This document shows, piece after piece, positions 58,886 to 64,000 of a stretch of DNA of 64,000 bases; the stretch's first letter is position 1, and each line of letters opens with the position of its first letter. The DNA lies in the NCBI GenBank assembly GCA_002717365.1, contig PBDJ01000034.1, positions 33,990 through 97,989 on the forward strand, read 5' to 3'. The DNA comes from Acidimicrobiaceae bacterium (lineage in GTDB: Bacteria > Actinomycetota > Acidimicrobiia > Acidimicrobiales > MedAcidi-G1). A model generated the notes under the pieces. That model ran no database searches. It had not been told where the DNA came from and saw only the letters and a program-made list of their open reading frames with translations. Both the position numbers and the translations under genes were made by a program.

Positions 58886-60289
58886 TCAGTCCAGGTCGGC
58901 CGGCGTAGCGAATGTGCCGGCGATGGCCGTGGCGGCGGCGACGGCCGGAGAGACGAGGTGGGTGCGCCCGCCCCGACCCTGCCGGCCCTCGAAGTTCCGG
59001 TTGCTAGTACTGGCGCAACGTTCGCCGGCCGTGAGCTTGTCGGGGTTCATGGCCAGGCACATGGAGCACCCGGGCTCCCGCCAATCGAAGCCGGCAGCGG
59101 TGAACATCTCGGGGAGGCCCTCGGCCTCGGCCTGGGCCTTGACTGCCCAGGAGCCAGGGACAACCAACGTGCGTATCCCGTCGGCCACCTGGCGGCCGTC
59201 GGCTACCTCAGCAGCGGCCCGCAGGTCCTCGATGCGGCTGTTCGTACATGAGCCGATGAACACGGTGTCGACGGCCACGTCACGGATTGGGGTCCCGACG
59301 GCCAGCCCCATGTAGTCCAGGGCCCGCTGGGCTGCCTCGGCCTGGCTGGGGTCAGCGAACGATCGGGGATCGGGCACGGTGCCGTCCATACGCATGACCT
59401 GACCGGGGTTGGTGCCCCAAGACACGTGAGGGACGATGTCTGCGCCATCTAGGACGACTTCCTGATCGAACACGGCATCGCTGTCGGTAGCCAGACTCCT
59501 CCAGTCGTTTACCGCGACGTCCCAGTCGGTGCCCGACGGAGCGTGGGGGCGACCGGCCAGGTATTCGAAGGTGGTGTCGTCGGGGGCGATCAGACCGGCC
59601 TTGGCTCCGGCCTCGATGGACATGTTGCAGACGGTCATCCGGCCTTCCATTGAGAGGTTGCGGATTACTTCGCCCCGGTACTCGATGATCGAGCCGATCC
59701 CGCCGCCCGTGCCCAGGCGGCCCACGATCGCCAGGATCACGTCCTTGGCCGTGGAGCCCTCGGGGAGGGTGCCGTCCACGGTGACGGCCAGAGTGCCCGG
59801 TACCTGCTGGGGCAGAGTCTGGGTGGCCAGAACGTGTTCCACTTCGCTGGTACCGATGCCGAAGGCCAGCGCTCCGAACGCCCCGTGGGTGCTGGTGTGG
59901 CTGTCGCCACACACCACGGTCATGCCGGGCAGGGTCAGGCCTTTCTCAGGGCCGATGACGTGCACGATGCCCTGTCCCGGATCTCCCATCGGGTAGAGCG
60001 GAACGTCGAACTCCTCGCAGTTGGTCCGTAGGGCCTCGACCTGGGCGCGGCTGACCGGGTCGGCAATGGGCTGGTCAATGTCGACCGTGGGAACGTTGTG
60101 GTCCTCGGTGGCCACCGTCAACTCCGGATGGCGGACCCGCCGTCCGGCCGTGCGGAGACCGTCGAAGGCCTGTGGAGAGGTGACCTCGTGGACCAGGTGC
60201 AGGTCGATGAACAGCAGGTCGGGCTGGCCGTCGGCCGACCGCACTACGTGGCGGTCCCAGACCTTTTGGCTCAGGGTCTTCCCGGACAT
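58886..60289 (-). CDS. leuC: 3-isopropylmalate dehydratase large subunit
   Basis: [21 protein letters not shown], and [11 protein letters not shown] as the aconitase-family Fe-S ligand region. GAGGAG RBS. Confidence 0.95.
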   Translation of the reverse strand: MSGKTLSQKVWDRHVVRSADGQPDLLFIDLHLVHEVTSPQAFDGLRTAGRRVRHPELTVATEDHNVPTVDIDQPIADPVSRAQVEALRTNCEEFDVPLYPMGDPGQGIVHVIGPEKGLTLPGMTVVCGDSHTSTHGAFGALAFGIGTSEVEHVLATQTLPQQVPGTLAVTVDGTLPEGSTAKDVILAIVGRLGTGGGIGSIIEYRGEVIRNLSMEGRMTVCNMSIEAGAKAGLIAPDDTTFEYLAGRPHAPSGTDWDVAVNDWRSLATDSDAVFDQEVVLDGADIVPHVSWGTNPGQVMRMDGTVPDPRSFADPSQAEAAQRALDYMGLAVGTPIRDVAVDTVFIGSCTNSRIEDLRAAAEVADGRQVADGIRTLVVPGSWAVKAQAEAEGLPEMFTAAGFDWREPGCSMCLAMNPDKLTAGERCASTSNRNFEGRQGRGGRTHLVSPAVAAATAIAGTFATPADLD

Positions 60290-60362
60290 CGGGACTCCTC
60301 GTAGGGGTTGGGTCAGGACAGGATACGGGGTCGGCCGCTGGGGCCGCCCGCGCCGGCGGTGG

Positions 60363-60944
60363 TTAAGTGCCCATCGCCCGGGCGGCCTGAATCAGGTCGT
60401 CATAACCACCCGGTCCCGGGTCACCGGTTCGGGAGGCCACCGAGCCACTCGCGGTGACCACGGCCATGCCCGGTGTCCCGAAGACATCGAAGAGGATCCC
60501 CACCCGCCCGTCGTCAGCAATGTGTGAGAACCCGGTGATTCCCCATTCCTGGAGGATGGATGCTGACCACTCCGGGTCAGCGTCCGGGCCGATGGTGGAC
60601 ACTCCGACGACCGTGATGTCCGGTCGGCGGCTGAGCTCGGCGACCGCCGAGGCCTCTCTACGGCACGTCGCTCAGGTAGGAGTCCAGAACCAGAACAGGA
60701 CGTCCTGGCCGGCCAGATCAGCACCGTGGAGCATGTCGCCGCCAATCAGTGTCGCCTCGAACCCCAACTCGTCCGGCACCGCAGCGCCCCGTGCGTCGGC
60801 CGCTGACCCCAACTCGGAGGCGGCCGCCTCCGAGGCGGTCGTGGGGGCCGGTATTGGAACAGGGGCGGTCGTATCGACCGCGCCGCCACAGGCACCCGCC
60901 GCGAGCACCAGGACGGCCAGAAAGTCCGTCCTGATCGGGGTCAT
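60363..60944 (-). CDS. TlpA/ResA-like thiol-disulfide oxidoreductase lipoprotein with in-frame TGA (60672-60674) as first residue of the CxxC motif; candidate selenoprotein (U91, UATC)
   Basis: Track ORFs 60672-60944 and 60363-60602 are in the same frame and separated only by TGA. The joined translation is ...[43 protein letters not shown]...[16 protein letters not shown]..., which aligns with the FW..WC..C thioredoxin-fold pattern. The N-terminus is a lipoprotein signal (LAAGAC). Confidence 0.75.
60633..60656 (-). promoter_or_regulatory. SECIS-like hairpin downstream of the TlpA-like UGA
   Basis: RNA GAG(GC)CUCGGC-GGUC-GCCGAGCUC has a 6-bp perfect upper stem, a 2-nt bulge and a 3-bp lower stem. 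As I recall it, the apical loop GGUC matches the E. coli fdhF SECIS loop sequence. The loop lies at +30 to +33 from the U of UGA. Confidence 0.55.
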
Positions 60945-61016
60945 ACCACGACTCTACGGGGTACCGTCGGCGTCGTGAGCACCCGCGTCCTGATCATCTC
61001 GGCTCTGGTGTGCGGT

Positions 61017-61064
61017 ATGGCGCTACTGGTGGCCTTCACCGTGCAGGTAGTGGTGGCGCTGTGA
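61017..61064 (+). CDS. mini-ORF MALLVAFTVQVVVAL upstream of lpdA (may extend to GTG 60975, giving 29 aa)
   Basis: The stop TGA (61062-61064) overlaps the lpdA GTG start (61061-61063). The last 12 codons and the stop are identical to the second mini-ORF at 62468-62521. Confidence 0.35.
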   Translation: MALLVAFTVQVVVAL

Positions 61065-61066
61065 CC
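61025..61066 (+). repeat. 42-bp direct repeat, copy 1 (ACTGGTGGCCTTCACCGTGCAGGTAGTGGTGGCGCTGTGACC)
   Basis: Matches 62482-62523 at every base when compared by eye. Confidence 0.95.
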
Positions 61067-62464
61067 CTCCGTCACGACCTGCTGGTGGTGGGCGGTGGCC
61101 CGGCGGGGTATGCGGCGGCGCTCTACGGGGCGGCGACCGGACTTGACGTGGGCCTCGTCGAAGAGGGGCGGATTGGCGGGACCTGTCTCCACCTCGGCTG
61201 CATCCCGGCCAAGGAACTGTTAGAGACGGCCTCGGTGCTGCGCACCGTCCGGGACGCCTCCCAGTTCGGCGTGTCGACTGGTGACCACAAGCCAGTCGTG
61301 GACTTGTCGGTTAGCCAGCAGCGCAAGCAGGAGGTCATCGACAGCCTGGCCGGTGGGCTGAGTTCCCTGCTGGCCGGACGTGACGTCACCGTCTACGACG
61401 GGACGGGACGCCTTGGCGCGGACCATGTCGTCACCGTGGACGGTCCCAACGGGTCGACCGTGGTGGTTGCCGACCACATCGTTCTGGCCACCGGGTCGAC
61501 GCCCCGCACCATTCCCGGCTTCGAGGTCGATGGGACGCTGGTCGTGACCAGCGACGAGTTGCTGTCCCTGCTTGAGGTGCCGGACCGGGTAGCGGTGATC
61601 GGGGCCGGCGCCATCGGCTGTGAGTTCGCTTCGATGCTGGCCGACTATGGCTCGACGATCACCCTCCTGGAGGCCCTCCCGGAGATCCTCCCCGGTTGTG
61701 ATACCGACGTGGCCGGGGCTCTCCAACGCTCGTTTCACCGCCGTCAGATCTCCGTGCACACTGGGGTGGTCGTTCACGGCCACGACCCAGCTGGCGGCGT
61801 CACCACCGTCCGGTTCGGCAACGACGAGGCCGTCGAGGTCGACCTGGTCGTGATGGCTGTAGGCCGCCAACCCCGGGGTGATTCGGCGGGCCTAGTTGAC
61901 ACCCGAGTGGTGGTTGACGACCGAGGCTTCATCCAGGTTGACGGCCGCCTCCGAACCGGTGAGCCAGGCGTCTACGCAGTGGGAGACGTGGTGGCCACCC
62001 CGCAGTTAGCCCACGTTGGCTTCGCCGAGGGCATGTTTGTGGTGAAGGACATTCTCGGCGAAGCGCCGACTCCTCTCGACCCGACAACTGTGCCGTGGTG
62101 TATTTATAGCCACCCCGAGGTGGCGTTTGCCGGCCTGACTGAGGCAGCGGCCGTAGAGGCCGGACACGACGTGGTGGTTAGCAGCCACCGGTTCGCCGGC
62201 AATGGGCGGGCCCGAATCTTGGGCGACACAGATGGCCTGGTGAAGGTGGTGGCCGAGCGGGACTCCGCCGGTCGAGCTGGGCGGATCTTGGGGGTCCACC
62301 TAGTCGGACCGTGGGCGACTGAGCAGTTGGGACAGGGCTATCTGGCCGTCAACTGGGAGGCCACGGTGGACGAGGTAGCGGCGTTTATCCAGCCACACCC
62401 GACACTCAGCGAGATGTTTGGCGAGACGGTATTGGCCCTCACCGGCCGGGCGCTGCACGGCTAA
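61061..62464 (+). CDS. lpdA: dihydrolipoyl dehydrogenase (E3)
   Basis: DLLVVGGGPAGYAAALYGA, redox-active disulfide GGTCLHLGCIPAK, and the C-terminal HPTLSE interface motif. The GTG 61061 start is preferred. Confidence 0.9.
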   Translation: MTLRHDLLVVGGGPAGYAAALYGAATGLDVGLVEEGRIGGTCLHLGCIPAKELLETASVLRTVRDASQFGVSTGDHKPVVDLSVSQQRKQEVIDSLAGGLSSLLAGRDVTVYDGTGRLGADHVVTVDGPNGSTVVVADHIVLATGSTPRTIPGFEVDGTLVVTSDELLSLLEVPDRVAVIGAGAIGCEFASMLADYGSTITLLEALPEILPGCDTDVAGALQRSFHRRQISVHTGVVVHGHDPAGGVTTVRFGNDEAVEVDLVVMAVGRQPRGDSAGLVDTRVVVDDRGFIQVDGRLRTGEPGVYAVGDVVATPQLAHVGFAEGMFVVKDILGEAPTPLDPTTVPWCIYSHPEVAFAGLTEAAAVEAGHDVVVSSHRFAGNGRARILGDTDGLVKVVAERDSAGRAGRILGVHLVGPWATEQLGQGYLAVNWEATVDEVAAFIQPHPTLSEMFGETVLALTGRALHG

Positions 62465-62467
62465 GCC

Positions 62468-62521
62468 ATGGCAGACACCGAACTGGTGGCCTTCACCGTG
62501 CAGGTAGTGGTGGCGCTGTGA
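62468..62521 (+). CDS. mini-ORF MADTELVAFTVQVVVAL upstream of lipB
   Basis: The ATG lies 3 nt after the lpdA stop. The stop TGA (62519-62521) overlaps the lipB GTG start (62518-62520). Confidence 0.35.
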   Translation: MADTELVAFTVQVVVAL

Positions 62522-62523
62522 CC
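62482..62523 (+). repeat. 42-bp direct repeat, copy 2
   Basis: Identical to 61025-61066. Confidence 0.95.
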
Positions 62524-64000
62524 TCCGACTCTCATCCCCGACCGTTCCGGGTCCGATGGTTGGGCCGTGTTCGCTATCGCGACGCTCTAGCTCTCCAGCA
62601 GGGCATCCATGCCCCCGCCGGGTCAGCCAATCATCCGCAGGACCACCTACTCCTCCTCGAGCACCATCCCGTCTACACGCTCGGCGTACGGGCCTCCCTG
62701 GACAACCTGCTGCTTCCCCCCAACGAGGTGGGAGCAGACCTTGAGCGGGCCGACCGGGGCGGTGATATCACCTTCCACGGTCCCGGCCAGCTAGTCGGCT
62801 ATCCGCTTCTTCACCTCCCCGGCAAGCGGGGCGGCGGCATGGCCGACACGGTGGCCTACGTACGCTCGGTGGAGGACCTCCTCATCGACGTCTGCAGAGA
62901 CCTCGGCCTTGTTGATGTGGGCCGCCTGGACCGGTACCCCGGAGTCTGGGTAGAACCCGACGGCCCCCGGCCCCGGAAGGTGGCGGCCATCGGGGTGAAG
63001 TTAACCCGGAGCAGAACCATGCACGGTTTCGCCCTCAACGTGGACCCCGACCTTTCGTACTTCGACCGCATGGTCCCCTGCGGGATTGCCGGCTATGGAG
63101 TCACGTCGTTGGCCGCCGAGGGGATTGACGCGCCGATGCGCCGGGTCGTCGACCGTGTGGTCGACCGGGCCGTCGATCGATGGGCGGCTGGCCCAGTGGA
63201 CAGGGCCGACGTGGCGTGGACTTACCGGGCCGACGACCTGAGTGCCTTTAGCCGGGGTGGAGGGGCAGGGGGCCGTCCGCTGGTGGGTCGCAAGCCGGAG
63301 TGGATGAGGGTGCCGCTGGAGACGGGGCCCGACTACCTGCGCCTCAAGGCCGTGATGCGCAGCCGTCAGCTCACCACGGTGTGCGAGGAGGCTGGTTGTC
63401 CCAACGTGTTCGATTGCTGGAATGACGGCACGGCTACCTTCATGATCAACGGCGAGCGGTGCACCCGGGCCTGTGGCTTCTGCCTGGTCGACACTCGGAG
63501 GCCTGACGCCCCCGATCTCGACGAGCCCTACCGGGTGGCCGAGGCGGTGGCCGAGATGGGCCTGCGCCACGCCGTGGTGACCGCGGTGGCCCGAGACGAC
63601 CTACACGATGGCGGAGCGTCGGCCTTCGCGGCCACCATCACTGCTGTCCGGGACCGCAACCCGGGAACGGCCGTCGAGGTGCTAATCCCGGACTGCAAGG
63701 GCGACCCGGAGGCTCTTGGGGCGGTATTCGATGCCCGACCCGACGTCCTGAACCACAACGTCGAGACGGTGGCCCGCCTGCAACGGCGGGTCCGCCCGTC
63801 AGCGTCTTACGCCCGCAGCCTGTCGGTGCTGGCCCGGGCGAAGGCGGCAGGCCTGACTACTAAGTCATCGATCATCGTCGGTCTAGGAGAGACCGACGAT
63901 GAAGTGGAGGGCTGCCTAGCTGATCTAGCCGCCGTGGACTGCGACATCGTGACCATCGGCCAGTACCTGCGGCCTACCACCAACCACCTTCCGGTGGAAC
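62518..64000 (+). CDS. lipB-lipA: octanoyltransferase LipB fused in frame to lipoyl synthase LipA (3' end outside window)
   Basis: Not in the ORF track because the frame has no stop before the window end. I translated codon by codon from GTG 62518. LipB motifs: HHPVYTLG, GGDITFHGPGQLVGYP, RKVAAIGVK and MVPCGI. Then a Gly-rich linker SRGGGAGGRP, then LipA motifs KPEWMRV, CEEAGCPN and radical-SAM CTRACGFC. There is no stop codon between the domains. Confidence 0.8.
   Translation, partial: MTSDSHPRPFRVRWLGRVRYRDALALQQGIHAPAGSANHPQDHLLLLEHHPVYTLGVRASLDNLLLPPNEVGADLERADRGGDITFHGPGQLVGYPLLHLPGKRGGGMADTVAYVRSVEDLLIDVCRDLGLVDVGRLDRYPGVWVEPDGPRPRKVAAIGVKLTRSRTMHGFALNVDPDLSYFDRMVPCGIAGYGVTSLAAEGIDAPMRRVVDRVVDRAVDRWAAGPVDRADVAWTYRADDLSAFSRGGGAGGRPLVGRKPEWMRVPLETGPDYLRLKAVMRSRQLTTVCEEAGCPNVFDCWNDGTATFMINGERCTRACGFCLVDTRRPDAPDLDEPYRVAEAVAEMGLRHAVVTAVARDDLHDGGASAFAATITAVRDRNPGTAVEVLIPDCKGDPEALGAVFDARPDVLNHNVETVARLQRRVRPSASYARSLSVLARAKAAGLTTKSSIIVGLGETDDEVEGCLADLAAVDCDIVTIGQYLRPTTNHLPVE

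Noticed and set aside
60602-60674. The two interrupted thioredoxin-fold genes as simple pseudogenes
   Set aside because: Not fully excluded, but judged less likely. Both stops are TGA, both fall exactly on the redox-active Cys column, reading frames and family motifs continue intact downstream, and both are followed by stable hairpins at SECIS-like distance.
61025-62523. The 42-bp direct repeats as mobile-element termini or att sites flanking an inserted lpdA
   Set aside because: No integrase, transposase or inverted terminal repeats are nearby. lpdA is a core gene with composition like its neighbours. The repeat is in coding/start-codon context in both copies. It is kept as a finding, but not called a mobile element.

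Overview
High-GC (about 65-70%), gene-dense chromosomal core region of an Actinobacteria-type genome. The ligA / gatCAB / ilvBNC neighbourhood is the arrangement known from Mycobacterium and relatives. I call about 65 protein genes. They cover housekeeping (ligA 3' end, PASTA Ser/Thr kinase, gatCAB), branched-chain amino acid biosynthesis (ilvD, ilvBNC, leuA, leuCD), a sulfite reductase / siroheme operon, gdh, aspC-like aminotransferase, lpdA and lipB-lipA. There are also two large lipid/steroid-type catabolic clusters (many SDRs, CoA-transferases, acyl-CoA dehydrogenases, P450, thiolase). I found no rRNA, tRNA, CRISPR array, transposase or integrase. Many long ORFs in the six-frame track are antisense or out-of-frame artefacts of GC-rich DNA, and several real genes have spurious N-terminal extensions there. 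The most interesting signals are not in the ORF track. (1) Two thioredoxin-fold redox genes each have a single in-frame TGA exactly at the redox-active Cys position, each followed by a SECIS-like hairpin. These are candidate selenoproteins: a Bcp peroxiredoxin at 17144-17593 and a TlpA/ResA-like lipoprotein with a UxxC motif at 60363-60944. (2) A perfect 42-bp direct repeat sits immediately upstream of both lpdA and lipB. Each copy encodes the Val-rich tail of a mini-ORF whose stop overlaps the GTG start of the downstream gene. (3) lipB and lipA form one uninterrupted reading frame running off the window end. (4) A textbook Leu leader-peptide attenuator lies upstream of leuA, and a terminator-type attenuator candidate lies upstream of ilvB. 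All functional calls rest on motif recognition by eye; no database search was run.
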